Part shown: one piece after another, positions 50,690 through 63,303 of the stretch
Position numbering within the stretch: the first letter of the stretch is position 1
Layout: each line of letters starts with the position of its first letter
Assembly (NCBI RefSeq): GCF_036321535.1
Contig: NC_087437.1
Coordinates: forward strand, 24,430,001 to 24,494,000
DNA length: 64,000 nucleotides
Direction of reading: 5' to 3'
Source of the DNA: Camelus dromedarius
Lineage: Eukaryota
Notes under the pieces: generated by a model
Database searches by the model: none
Told to the model about the DNA's origin: nothing
Seen by the model: only the letters and a program-made list of their open reading frames with translations
Program-made: the position numbers and the translations under genes

Positions 50690-52290
50690 TATATATATAA
50701 AAGCAAGAAATCCTGCCATTTGCAACAACACAGATTAGCCTTAAGGGCATTGTGCTAAGTGAAATAAGTCAGACAGAGAAAGATAAATACTGTATGATCT
50801 CACTTACATGTGGAATCTTTTAAAAAAACAAAATAAAATAACCTAACATAGAAAAAGATCAGATTTGTGATTATAGGCTGGTGGGGGAGGTTTAGGTGGT
50901 AAAAAGGGAGTTCGATGAAGGTAATCAAAAGGTACAAACTTCCAGTTATCAGTTAAATAAGTACTGGGAGGTACTGTACAACCTGATGACTATAATTAAC
51001 ATTGCTGTAAGGTATATTTGAAGGTTGTTAAGAGAATAAATCTTAATGTTCTCATCACAAGGAAAAAAAGCCATTTTTTTCTTTTATTTTGCATCTACAT
51101 ATGATGGCTGTTAACTAAACTTACTGTGGTAATTATTTCACTATATATTAAGGCAAGTTATTATGCCATACAGCTTAAACATATAACAGTGCTATACGTC
51201 AGTTGTATCTCAGCAAAACTGGAAAAAAATTTAAACATATATTTCTGGTGGAAATGAAAATATTTTAACATATTTTGAAAATTATTTGGCAACACATTAA
51301 CAAGACTCAAACATATTCAAGTTCTTTGACTTGCAAATTCTGCTTGGAGTCTATTACAACTACATTAGGAGAAATATGAAAAAGTCATATCACAAACATG
51401 TTCATTATGTTATATATAAGTACAAAAATAGTATGGAACATAAATGAAACATGGGAAATTGGTGAGGTAAATTATGCATACCAAAATGGAAGAATACTAT
51501 GTATTCATTCAAATAATATGAAAAATTTTATAATAGAGTATTACAGAAGAAAACAGAATACAAGATTATGCATACAAGGCAATTGCACTTTATGTTAGGG
51601 ATGATTTCCTGAACACCACACCAAACTCAGGATGACTCTTCAGATAGGAATAAATGTCAATGGAGTGATGAATTTACAGGATATGGACATCTACAGTCAC
51701 GTTAGCAACATTTTACCATATGCTTCTTTTATGTCTTCAGGCTTATCTCTGATTTTTCCAGTCTTCCCTCCAAATGACAGCACTGGGTAAAAACATGATT
51801 GTTTGGCCTTCATCACAGGGTTTTATCTAAATCAAACTCAATTCCAATATTACTGATTTTCAGATCCATTTTTCAATGCCAGAACAACCCACCATTTGAG
51901 CAACACTTGAAAGACAGTGTCGTAAGGCACTAAAAATGTTTTAAATTATAAAAATTGGATACAGAAAAATCATAGCCCAATAGTTGCCAAAACCATTTAC
52001 AGAATTTCTGATGTATGTAAACTACAGCATGTTTCCCATGATAATGAAAAAGATGGTACACATTTATGTTTAACAGCTCAAGTGACAGTCTATAAGAAAA
52101 TAGCACAAACCCAGTTTATAATTCATGCCAGCTTTGATACTGAAATAGATAATAGATTTTTACATTTATTTCAGCAAGTTGTTTAACTATATGACCAATC
52201 CTAAATGACCAACCCTATATTGTATGGCGTAATCAGAATTAACTTTAAACATATCTAATCAAGCTCTAATGAAATATTGTAATAACCATC

Positions 52291-52741
52291 TATAGTGGGT
52301 TGAATTGTGCACCCCCCAAAAAATACATCAATTCCTTAATCCCCAGAAAATGTAAATTTGAATTTATTTGGAAAAAGGGATATTGTGGATATAACTAAGT
52401 TAAGAATCTTGAGTTAAAATCATCCTGGATTATCCAAATGGGCCCTCAGTCTAGCGTGTGTCCTTATAAAAGGCAAAGGAGGGACACATAAAAGAGGAGA
52501 AGGCATTGAAAGACTGGGGCAGAGACTGGAATGCTGGCTACCAGCCAAGAAACACCTAGGAATGCCTGGAGTCAATAGAAGCTGGAACAGGCAGAGAAAA
52601 GCATATCCCCTAGAATCTCAGAAGGAGCGTGGCCCTTCCAACACCTGGAAATCAGACTTCTGGCCTCCAGAACCATGAGAGAATAAATTTTTGTTGTTTT
52701 AGGCTACTAAGTTTCATTGTAAACAACAGGAACCCAATACA
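52291..52741 (+). mobile_element. MaLR LTR (MLT1C/D-like)
   Basis: tatagtgggttgaattgtgcacccccc...atcctggattatcc...cagacttctggcctccagaaccatgagagaataaatttttgttgttttag...aataca. Confidence 0.85.
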
Positions 52742-53872
52742 CCATCCTTTCACTCTTCTCTTTTTTGAATAAAACCTTTTAATTTCTAGTAGCAAAAATA
52801 TCCCTTTATAAATATGCATTCACCCGTGAGGGTCAGAATGGAAAACACACAAACACATACAAATATAGCAAAGGACTAGCAAATCAGTACATGTTTACAC
52901 TTTCAATTATTTTGACAAGGGTAATTTGTCATGCATTATAATGATGCAGAGTAAGCTAGTTCTGGTTTTCCAAAGGAGGTTAGCTTTAAAAGCATGAAAG
53001 CCCCTCAATGTACTCATCATTAAATCTTCCCTAAAAAGTGACTTCAATATCAAATTCCTATGAGAATTAATAGTGTTTATTGTTAAGCAAATTTATCACT
53101 GTCTTTACAGCTAATAAAACCCAATAACTTCAAGAAGAGAGATCATAGAATTCCAGATAAATATGAACTAGGAAAACACAATAAATTCTGCCTTTTAAGC
53201 TTATTCATTGTACTGAGGAGAAATGAGGATCAGAGATATACTTCTGGGTTTGTGGCAGGACAAATTTCTGAAATATGTGTGTTCCATATGCAACTCACCA
53301 GCCACCCCCATTAGACAGCCTCTGGCCTCCTTCAAATCTCTAAAAAATAATTAAACTCCCCAAATTCACTCAATAACCCAAATTATGAAAATTATTTTAT
53401 TGACCAATTATCCAATGAGAAGGTATATTTAATAATAAAATAAACCAAAAGTTCCTATTATGCATATGTATTACTTTCTTAAAAGAATAAAAATCATAAA
53501 TAAAATAGACCCACTGAATTTAAGAGACAGTTTCCTCAAAGCTGCTCTGAACCAACATCGTTCCCTCCAAGCCCTGGCGAAAGGCTTTTTCAGAGGTGTC
53601 ACGACCAACTTTGCACCAACATCCCATTTGTAGAGACTGGGTAAGATGCTATACGGCCAAAGGGGGTTACAGTTCTGGAGGTCCAGCCAGCTAACGTGGT
53701 CTAAACCTACCACATCCATATTACAATCATTTTACAACCAAACTCCATTTACAACCCTGAGTCTAGCAAATTTCACAAGTCTCTTAACCTTAAATAACTC
53801 ACTCTTCTTTCTGTTCACCTTTCTCTGGCTGAATTGTAAAAAAGGTCATAGAGGGTGATAAGAATTACAGTA

Positions 53873-54060
53873 TTATAAATAAGTTTCTTCTGTACAGCAC
53901 AGGAAACTATATTCAATATCTTATAGTAACCTATAATGAAAAAGAATATGAAAAGGAATATGTGTATGTGTATGTATGACTGAAACATGCTGTACACCAG
54001 AAACTGACACATTGTAACTGACTATACTTCAATAAAATAAAATAAAATACATTTTAAAAG
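53873..54060 (+). mobile_element. Truncated lineage-specific L1 3' end
   Basis: tgtacagcacaggaaactatattcaatatc...gtaactgactatacttcaataaaa; TSD aagaattacagta at 53860-53872 and 54061-54073. Confidence 0.88.
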
Positions 54061-54068
54061 AAGAATTA

Positions 54069-54621
54069 CAGTAGCTCCCCCCCCCCATGTAAGGCTTCAC
54101 TTTCTCTGGTTTTATTTATCCTAGGTCAACAATGGTTCAAAAATATTCAATGGAAAATTTCAGAGAGAAACCATTTGTAAGTTTTAAAAAGCACACTGTT
54201 TCAAGTCTTGTGATGAAATCTCTCATCCTCTAGCTTCATCCCACCTGGAGGTTAATTTTACTCAATATTAGTCCCAAAGCACAAGAGTAGTGATGCTGGT
54301 AATTCGGATATGTCAAAGAGAAGCGGTAAAGTGCCTCCTTTAACTGAAAAGGTGAAAGTTCTCAATAATGAAAAAAAAAAATGGAAGGATACGTTATGGT
54401 TACTAAGATCTACAGTAACTTTTATTATAGTGTATTATTATAATTATTCTATTTTATAATTAGTTATTATTGTTAATCTCTTACTGTGCCTAATTGATAA
54501 ATTAAACTTTATCATGGGTATGTACGTATAGGAAAAAATAGTATATATATATACTATCGTGGTTTCAGACATCCACTGAGGGTCTTGGAACTTATCCCCT
54601 GTGAACAAGGAAGGATTACTG
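54069..54621. mobile_element. MER44 (Tigger7-derived, TcMar) DNA transposon
   Basis: Ends ta|cagtagctcccc and ggattactg|ta (TA target site); internal catccactgagggtcttggaacttatcccc and tggaaaatttcagaga. Confidence 0.8.
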
Positions 54622-54654
54622 TAATATTCATTATTTCCCATAAAACAACAGACA

Positions 54655-54740
54655 AATGAAAAGGGAAGGAAAAGAAAGGGAAAGGGAGAGGGGAAGGGAA
54701 AGGAAAGAAAGCAGAGCAAAGCAAAGCAAACGAAGAAAAG
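54655..54740. repeat. Polypurine (GAAAG/GCAAA-type) simple repeat
   Basis: Long purine tract aagggaaggaaaagaaagggaaagggagaggggaagggaaaggaaag. Confidence 0.85.
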
Positions 54741-55379
54741 ACCTTTGCAAAATAAGCATTCCCATTAGCGCCTTCCAAGCAAAAGTGAATTTCCCCCACA
54801 GTGAGCACTCGCCCCTCTTCCTCTCTTCTCATTCACACGTCAGGCCACTGCAGTCTGGCTTCTCCATTACTGCACTTCAAACATTACACCAATAACATCT
54901 TCCTTGCTGAATCCAATGCCCTCTTTTTAAATGCTTCCTTTCTTAGCTTTACTCTGGTGTTTGACTACTTTATCTTCACTCACCCTTTGCTTCTCTTATA
55001 CAACTGGCTGTCTTTATCCCACCATCCCAAACAATCCCTCTCTTTGTGGCATGAGAACATTCTAGTAATATATTGCTAAATGGAAGTAAGCTGAGACTAT
55101 ATAATTAGCCATGTAAATATAGATGCATATCACATCATAAAAAACTCTAAAAAAGAAACAAATGTGATTATTATCTCTAGTTGATAAATAATATGAGAAA
55201 TTTTGTATTGGTCATTTTTCCTGATTTTTCTTGATTTGTCAGCACAACTTAATAAAGGTCATTTTATATGCATATCAAGCAAAATACACATATAAGTAGA
55301 GAAATTTCTCTACACAGACCTTTATTTTATTCATACCAAAATTAGAGTGACATTTCTAAATATATAGGATAATGCCACA

Positions 55380-56360
55380 TTTATGTATTTACCCAACAGA
55401 AATGTATGCATATATCCATCAACATACATAATGTTGATAGCAATAGCATATGTAATAACTCCAAACTGGAAGCTACCAAGATGTCCATTAAGAGCAGACT
55501 ACATAAATAAGTTGTGATACATTCACTGGATGGAATACTACACAGCAATGAAAATGGACAACATAACGCCATTTGCAGCAACATGGATGTCCCTGGACAA
55601 TGTCATTCTAAGTGAAGCAAGGCAGAAAGAGAAAGAAAAATACTATATGAGATCGCTCATATGTGGAATCAAAAAAAGAAAATGAACATAAATACAAAAC
55701 AAAAACAGACTCATAGACATAGAATACAAACTTGTGATTGCCAGGGGGGAGATGGGTGGGAAGGGACGGACTGGGAGTTTGAAATTTGTAGATACTGACA
55801 GGCATATGTAGAATAGGTAAACAAGATTATACTGTATAGCACAGGGAAATATATACAAGATCTTGTGGTAGCTCACAGCGAGAAAGAATGTGACAGTGCA
55901 TGTATGTATGATCATGTATAACTGAAAAATTGTGATCTACACTGGAAACGGACACAGCATTGTAAACTGACTATAAGTCAATAAAAAAAGAGTTGTGATA
56001 CATTCACTGGATGGAATATTATATAGCCATGAAAATGGACAAAGTACAATCACATAACACAAATGGAAAAATCTTACAAAAAAAATGTTGAGTGAAAACT
56101 TTGTCCATATACATCCTGTAGATTTCATTTACATGAAATCAGAAACCCAGAAGAACGAATCTCTGGTGTCAGAATAGTGATTACCATTGTGGGGGCACGA
56201 GATAGAAAAAGATAGAACACTGGCTTCTTGGGTATTGATGACATACTCTTTCTTGATTGGAGTGCTGTTCACATGGATGTGTTCAGCTCATAAAAATTCA
56301 CATTTCATGTGTGTAGTTTGTGTATTTTTCCTGTTTATGTGTGATATTTCAATAAAAGTT
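55380..56360 (+). mobile_element. Old L1 3' region interrupted by a younger L1
   Basis: gtatttacccaacagaaatg...ccaaactggaagctaccaagatgtccatt before the insert; atgttgagtgaaa...tcagaatagtgattacc...aataaa after it. Confidence 0.7.
55562..55990 (+). mobile_element. Lineage-specific L1 3' end (same family as 15900-16452)
   Basis: gccatttgcagcaacatggatg...ctaagtgaagcaaggcagaaagagaaagaaaaatac...gtaaactgactataagtcaataaaaaaa. Confidence 0.9.
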
Positions 56361-57799
56361 CTCCACAACTCAATTAAGAACTATTGCCATCTTTGAGTGA
56401 GGAAGTATCACTACTCTGCTTCTACATGGATCAAGATTTCCCCTTGAAAAATATCTGGACCATATTAAACACTGGCACACCTCCTCCAGAAAACAGTGAA
56501 AAGAGTTCAATTCAAAGATAGGCTTTTGCAGGTAGACTTCTGATTTTTCTTTCAAGACCTAACTCTTTCAAATTACTTTTCCTCTGGAGAACCAGTCAGT
56601 ACGTGTGTGTGCGCGCGCGCGCTCATGTTAGAAGGAGAGTTGCAGTCCCGAAAATTTTCTCTTTTTTTCTATTATCTAACTTAACATGGATGCACAGAAA
56701 AAAACTTTTAAAAACCAAGTTAAGTCAGGACAACCAGAGAAGCCAAAAATCAGAGTTCAATCAAAGGGTAAATGAAATACATGGGAAAGTCAGTCTGAAA
56801 ATCACCCACTTCAGTAAGTCCTGACTCATTCCCTTATTAATTGTGTGACTTTCAAGAAGTTACTTCAACTTTCTCAGCCTCAGTTCCCTCTCCTGCAGCA
56901 AACTTTCTCATGAAACAAAATGAAAAGATAACACTGAGCATAAGAAATATTTCTCAAAAAAAGAGACAATTTTAAATACGCTTCACTTAAGTTAATAATG
57001 CTGCAATACAATCGAACATCTGTGTTTCATAGAAAACTACTTTGAGACCATATTTGCATAACTGTTTATTATGTTATCCACATATGTATATATGGCTGGG
57101 TTGCATATAAGTCTACATCCTTTCAAATATTAAAGGAGGAATCCTTGAGAGTGCTATTTATTCATTTCTGACATTTTTTGTGAAAAAGAAGAATGTCAAT
57201 ATAGTAAGCAAAATTTTAGCTCATATTGATAAAAATGATAGCTTACTGAATCTAGACAGCTTAAAAGGAACTCCCAATGTTCAATGAAATGTTCAAGAAT
57301 GGAATTCTCATTAACCTTGAACATCCTCCAGATGCTCCTTTGATAATATTAACTACCTTAAAAACCATGTGGTTTCAGCCCACTGACCCATACAATACAT
57401 GGTGTGAATGCACATGTGAAAGTTGAAATCAAAGTTTGAGAAAGGTGGATTGTCTGATTTCAGATGAACCTCTACAGACTCAATATTTTTGTTAGCCTTT
57501 GTTGAGTAAAGTTCACAATGTGTTTTTTTTTCCCCCTTTAGTTACTTATCCAGATGATGGAATCATGTGTTCTATGCTGCCTTTAATTTTAAAGGCAGCT
57601 GAAGTGTCCACGTAGCAGGAATTGAAAACCCCATATAAAGAGCTTCCACATCATTTTTGTAGCCAATGATGATCTTAACCAAAATACTGCTGAGATTTTT
57701 AGCTTTAAAGTTAGAATAGTAATCTACTGTGACCTTTTACATTTCAAGATGCAAAAAAAGCAATGGATGCTCCATGAAGAGATATTTTTGTGTTTTGTT

Positions 57800-57900
57800 T
57801 CCTTCCATATCTGCAGCACCCAGTGCAATGCTTGGCACACAGTGGAGCTCAATAACTACTCAATAAATGAATGAGTGAATGAGTGAATGAATGAATGAAT
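57800..57900 (+). mobile_element. L2 3' end
   Basis: cagtgcaatgcttggcacacagtggagctcaataa followed by (tgaa/tgag)n. Confidence 0.75.
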
Positions 57901-59872
57901 ACAGGTTTCCTCACTAGCAGACAAGGAAATTAATCTACATTGCTGAACCTTGATTTCCCCACCCGATAACTCCAGGAAAGTTTGAATATTATGCCTGTTC
58001 TTTTTAATACTTTCTTGTCTTTCCTCCAGTAATTTCTAATATTTATCATTTGAAATAATATTTAGACATTTCTTATATCAAGAGCCTTCTTCTTATAAAA
58101 TACAATGCTCAGAACTAAATTCAGTAACCCAGGTATAGTTAGAATGGGTATAGTAATTCTATTTCTTTCCTTGTTCCAGACACTGTGTATTTAACTTTTG
58201 ATAAAAAGAATCTTTAAATTCTGTCAGTCTTGCTGTTGGTGGTGGTAAAGGGTTTACCGTGTTAGTTTATGGTGACCCTGAAGTCAACTGAATTCCTTTG
58301 ACCAGATCTCTTCAAAATAAAAATATCCTGATGCCTTTATTAGTACCCAAATTCTAGACTTTACATTGATCTCTATGATTTTAAAAACTCAGGCTTACCA
58401 TTTCTAACTATTAAAGTCTTTCACAAATGATCAGCGGTCAAGATATTAACCATCATAGCAGAGCGGAACCAGAAACGCTTTCATCTCAGGCCCTTCCGTA
58501 CAGCTGAATTGTGCTTGTTCAAAGCAATTTGTCCTCTTAGAAACAGTAGAAAGTTCAGCAGTCCCTAAGTCACCAGGGATTCTACAACCAGTCCCTAAAT
58601 ACTTTTCACTGAGTTTAGCTAGCACTTTAGGTACTGGGCGGGATGCCTGCACAGTGATTGTCAAGTTCAGGAGATCACACAGAAGAGCAAAAGAGAAAAA
58701 ACTGAAAAAGGAAAAGGGCAACATTCAAAAGGTCCTGCCTGCTGGCACTGAAGCGAGCAACAGAAGTTTTGTTCACAAATGCTCAGTGTCCTCTTAGCAA
58801 TTCCTTGCACCTGTGGTCTGCACTCTTCATTCTTGCCTTCCGGGAATCTCAGAAATAACAGCACAGGGCATACTCCTGCAGATGACCACGGATTCTTCCT
58901 TATTTAAATAAGTCTTCCTTATTCAAAGAATCAGTGAAATCCTATGAAACGTTCTCATACGAACCAAAAGATTTTCTGGAACTTTTTTTAAAACATAAAA
59001 TTCCTGATACACTCCTTATATTTTTATATATACATTTCACACTTGATTTGTAACCTAAGTATTCCAGATTGGCGTGTACATTTAGGGGGATTCTTAATGT
59101 CTTTATATGCTTCTGCTTCCTTTGAAACAATGAGCATTTTGAGGATAAGATCTGCATCTCAATGATGCCAGAAGGTAGTAACTTAATGCACTGGATGATG
59201 ATGGTGGTGGTGATGGCAGTTACGAAGTGTACATTAATTAGCCATATGCTCACAAAAATTTTCAATAAGCAACAGTTCAAGGAAAAGTATCATACAGAAA
59301 GATATTACTTGGCATATTAATTATAATTTTCAAAAAATGGGAATAGTTAAATACCTTTAAAAATCACTTAACAAATAGGTATTAAGCACCAGCCTAGGCA
59401 CTAGAGATGTAGGAGAAACAGAACTTGCAACTTGCTGTCCCCATAGTGTCCGGTTCTTTCCTTCCTCTAGCTCTCTCACCTTCTCCCCCACATCCTCCTC
59501 CTCCTTCACCACCTCTTCCCCCTCATCCTTTTCTTTCTTCTCCTTCTTCTTAAATAAATGTTTTCCACTGACAAGATAATTATTTCTTAGTAATTACCAC
59601 TTTAAAAATAATTACAGAAAAGCACCGTTTAAGTCCAGTCATCTACTAAATGTAAGAAGTCATCACTAAGAAGGCATTTGCTATTTTTTTTTCAGCCGTG
59701 ATACGTTGAACGAGTGTTTTAGCCACATTTAGCTAGTTTTCTCACCTACTAATACTAGGATAACAAAATCTACCTCAAAAACCTTGCCATAAGCTATGGA
59801 GATAATGTATATAAAGTCTCTACTCCATCACATTCTACAGAATACGCAGTAAAGATAGTGTAATCGTTTACT

Positions 59873-60322
59873 TATAGCAGAATGGACTTTCCAAAATAGT
59901 CACAACAGTATCTCCAATCACACACGTTCTTCTGCAATAAGATGCTGTTACTCCCCCATCAAGAAAATTGTATTTTTTCACAGCCCTCCCCCAAACCCAT
60001 GAATCCAGGCAGCCCTAAGATGCAAAAGTAACACTGTGTCCTATCGTCCTTCTCTCCCGGGGCAGTTTCCGCTTCCTTTCTCTCAGCGCCCTGAGCTGCC
60101 CAGTAAGATGCACAGGCTGTACGTGGGGGACAGGGGCCCCGCGGAGGCGCATGGCGGCACCAGCCACGCGGGGGAAGATGCTACGTGTGCTGTCCTGTCC
60201 CATCGGACAATTCCGGCCTCAGCAGCTGAGCCCAATTCACTCCAAACCATGAAAGATAATAATAAACGATTGCCTTAAGCCACAATGTTTTGGGGGTGGT
60301 TATTACCACGGAGAACTGAACG
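59873..60322 (+). mobile_element. MaLR LTR (older MLT1 subfamily)
   Basis: 5' tttccaaaatagtcacaacagtatctcc...ctcccccatcaaga; 3' cagctgagcccaa...accatgaaagataataataaacgattgccttaagccacaatgttttggggg. Confidence 0.7.
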
Positions 60323-60831
60323 AGTACAGTCTATGAAGTAATATAGAATCTTTTCAATACTTATTTATTGGACCTTCCTGGATATTTCTTACAGCTGAGC
60401 ATTCCTGTCTTCAAAACTTCCTTCCCTTTCTTTTCCTCTGTCCCTTTCATGCTCTCTCACTGCCTCTCCCTTCTTTTATAACGTTGTCACTTTGGGGGAC
60501 TCTGTACTATGGAGCAATGACCCCAAGCACATACAGCCAGCCCAAACCACTCTGTGACCTCACGATCCCAAGTTAACCACCTACTGAACTATTACTACGT
60601 GGAAATTTCACATCTCAAGTAGGGAACGCATCATTCCCTTTCTTTAACTACCTCTACCTTACTCCAAATTTGATCCTCTCTCTAGGCTCCTTATTTGTAA
60701 ATGCAAAACTATCATCCATTTAATTATTTAGGCAGAGGACTGAGTGGTCGTACTTCAAGCATGAGATTAGTTAAGCTTTGTCATTTATGTCTCTTAAACA
60801 TCCCTCAAATCCACTTACTTCTCCCTGCCTC

Positions 60832-61314
60832 TGTTAGAGCAGGCAGATAGCTAGATATGAGCAGAGAAAGGGGGACACAGACCAAATGGCAGGAATTTCT
60901 AGTGTCCGAATGTAACCTTTTGCTCATTATGCCCTCATTTCAATAAAATTAGCCTTGCAGATCAGAAGTACCCATCATGCAGCGACGCCATGACACTTCT
61001 GATCCAGACTAAATAAGGACAAAAATCCCTCCTCCCTTTGGGAAGGTGGAGTTGGGATGATAATCAGGGAATGCGACCCCAAACCCTTCCCTCCCCAATG
61101 AATATTCCGCCCATTCATTTTTACACGCTATGTAACTAACTTGCCAAAGAACTCAGGGCAGCCGCTCACCTGAGCCTGCCCGCTCTCCCCTGAGAGTGTA
61201 CTATCCATCTTTTAATAAAGCCTCACTTTACCTTTTTAACCTCTAAGTCTTGTCTCTGAATTCTTTCTGGGACGGGACAAGAACCTGGAACACCGGTTGC
61301 ATCTATTGGCAACA
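60832..61314 (+). mobile_element. ERV1-class solo LTR, 483 bp
   Basis: TG...CA termini (tgttag...gcaaca); 4-bp TSD cctc at 60828-60831 and 61315-61318; AATAAA at 61214-61219; no PBS or internal sequence follows. Confidence 0.88.
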
Positions 61315-61318
61315 CCTC

Positions 61319-61596
61319 CATATGCCTGACTAAAAGTTTCCTACTATTTGGTCTTGATTTAAAAGGCATTTCTTTTCTCTAATGCCTTCAGACTAGATTA
61401 GGTCTTGGCATATGCTTACATAGCATCGTGTACAGCTCTCTCTGTAACACTGATTACACTTGAAATTAACTCTTCCACATCTTTCTTCTCTACTAGATGG
61501 CAAGTTCCAAGAAGGAGGAACCCTATACGTCTTATTCAGTTCCATTTCCATTTGCACTGTAAGCTCTCAAAGAATATTTGTTGAGTGAATAAATGA
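61319..61596 (+). mobile_element. L2 3' part (continues from about 60560-60830, split by the LTR)
   Basis: cttctctactagatggcaagttccaagaagg...ctctcaaagaatatttgttgagtgaataaatga. Confidence 0.6.
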
Positions 61597-63253
61597 TTGC
61601 AAAGACAAACTCTACGTTTGCCAAAGTTCGTCCTACTGCTATAAATGACTAGCCAGGAGTAACTGGCAATCAGAACCTAGAAGTGATCATGGGCTCAGTC
61701 TCTGAATATCAATCTAAAATCTAGCATTTTATTTTATTAACACATAGAATAAACTTTTTTTTTTTTTGGTTAGTGGTCAGGGTACTATGTAAACCATAAA
61801 GAGTATTCATTGATTTCCAAACTTATCATGTGTTACCTTGTAATTTCTCTGTGTATTTTTTTTTGTACTGTGAATTGTTTATATTATTTTTAAACTTTTC
61901 TTATATTTTGGCTTTATCTTCCAAATTAGATATTAAATGGACAAATGTTATGGCATGTGTATCTTTCTATCCCTCTGTGACTACCTCAACTTTTACACAT
62001 TGCAGGTTTTCAAAAATAATGTTGAAGTATCCAATGACCCATAGTTCGTGAAATAATAAGCAAAAGAAAATGAAATCACCACATATATTATGGCCAGCTG
62101 ATCTCAAATAATAGGTTTCTTTTACTGAGGATCCTGATTGGAGTTATATCAGTTTCATTCCAGAAATATGTGGCCTTTTAGTACTTGGGTCACCCTAATT
62201 ACTAAAACCTAAGTAAGACATTCCCATATTCATGCAATCCAGGAATTCTACCTTCTTCTCCAAATTGTAAGCACTGATGTAATGTGATGGAGTAGGTGTC
62301 CATGGGAAACCACGAGCTGGTGTCTCCTGGAAGCCACGTCAGGACCAGTCTTGCCGAGGAGTGAGCAGTGTGCACTGTAAGCTCCGAAACAAGTTTCAGA
62401 AACATCTCTTCTCCAGACGCCCCCCTTCTGTGCACCTCTAGCTCTGGTATGGCTTTCCTAGCCTTTCACCTTTATAGTACTCCAAGCCACTGACCTTCAT
62501 AGAGGATTTTGGATAGTTACATCAGAGTTCCATGTTGTCAAATGACTTATTTAAGATCTGGAAGCTTTTGGCTTTTGCATGTGAGGAATGTGAGTTTTTC
62601 AGGGAACAGAGGTCAGCTGCGGTTTCCTAGTGATGGTATGAAGTCTTCATATCAAACATTAGTTCATGTGTGTAACGTGGGTTACAAAGACTCTTCCTTC
62701 TGTTCCATAAATGTCTTATTAAAGCATAAAATTTACGAAAGCATGTTTTGCTAATATTGGAGATATTGTAGTAGGATAGTGGGGGAAAGGTAAATGCTAT
62801 TCTATACTATTCCATAAAAAAATTCTTTGGAGAAGGAAGTGAAAAGTTAGAGGAGAAAGATGCTGTTACACTTTCTTATGCTTCCAGCTATTAAATCTAG
62901 AGAGGAAACAGTTTTCTCCCTAATCCTGACCACCTGCTACTTGTGCACCCACGCCTTCATAAAACATAATTACAAATTACATGTGAAAGAATATTTGTTC
63001 AGGCCAACAAATGAAATTTTTAAGTCACATACTTAAAATAATTTTTGTTTGTAAATATGGCCAAGAATATATGATTAAACCCTTTCTACCACTTCAAAGC
63101 TCACAAAATTAATGTTTGATATCATTTTTAGTAACTCTTTTAAGCATATATTTAGTAAATTTAAAATAAAACATCACAGATCAACTGGAAATATTTTATC
63201 ACTGGCAATTTTAACTGTTCAATGCATGAATGTGTTTAAGAGTCCAACACTGA

Positions 63254-63303
63254 TAAAGGTAAACTTTAAAAAACTCAAGCACTAGATAGATAAAAAAAAA
63301 AAA
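63254..63303 (+). mobile_element. Orphan poly(A)-tailed insertion with a 16-bp TSD
   Basis: aagagtccaacactga at 63238-63253 and 63304-63319 flanks 38 nt of unique sequence plus an A-run. Confidence 0.8.

Larger units (their letters stand above)
47222..51230 (+). mobile_element. L1 of about 4 kb (L1MA9-like 3' UTR), disrupted ORF2 from the endonuclease to the C-terminus
   Basis: ORF fragments LGYKTSLSKLKRTEIMSSMFSDNNRIKLE (endonuclease), [13 protein letters not shown] and [33 protein letters not shown]-region motif caagtaggatttatccctgggatgcaagg; many stops and frameshifts. Confidence 0.92.
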
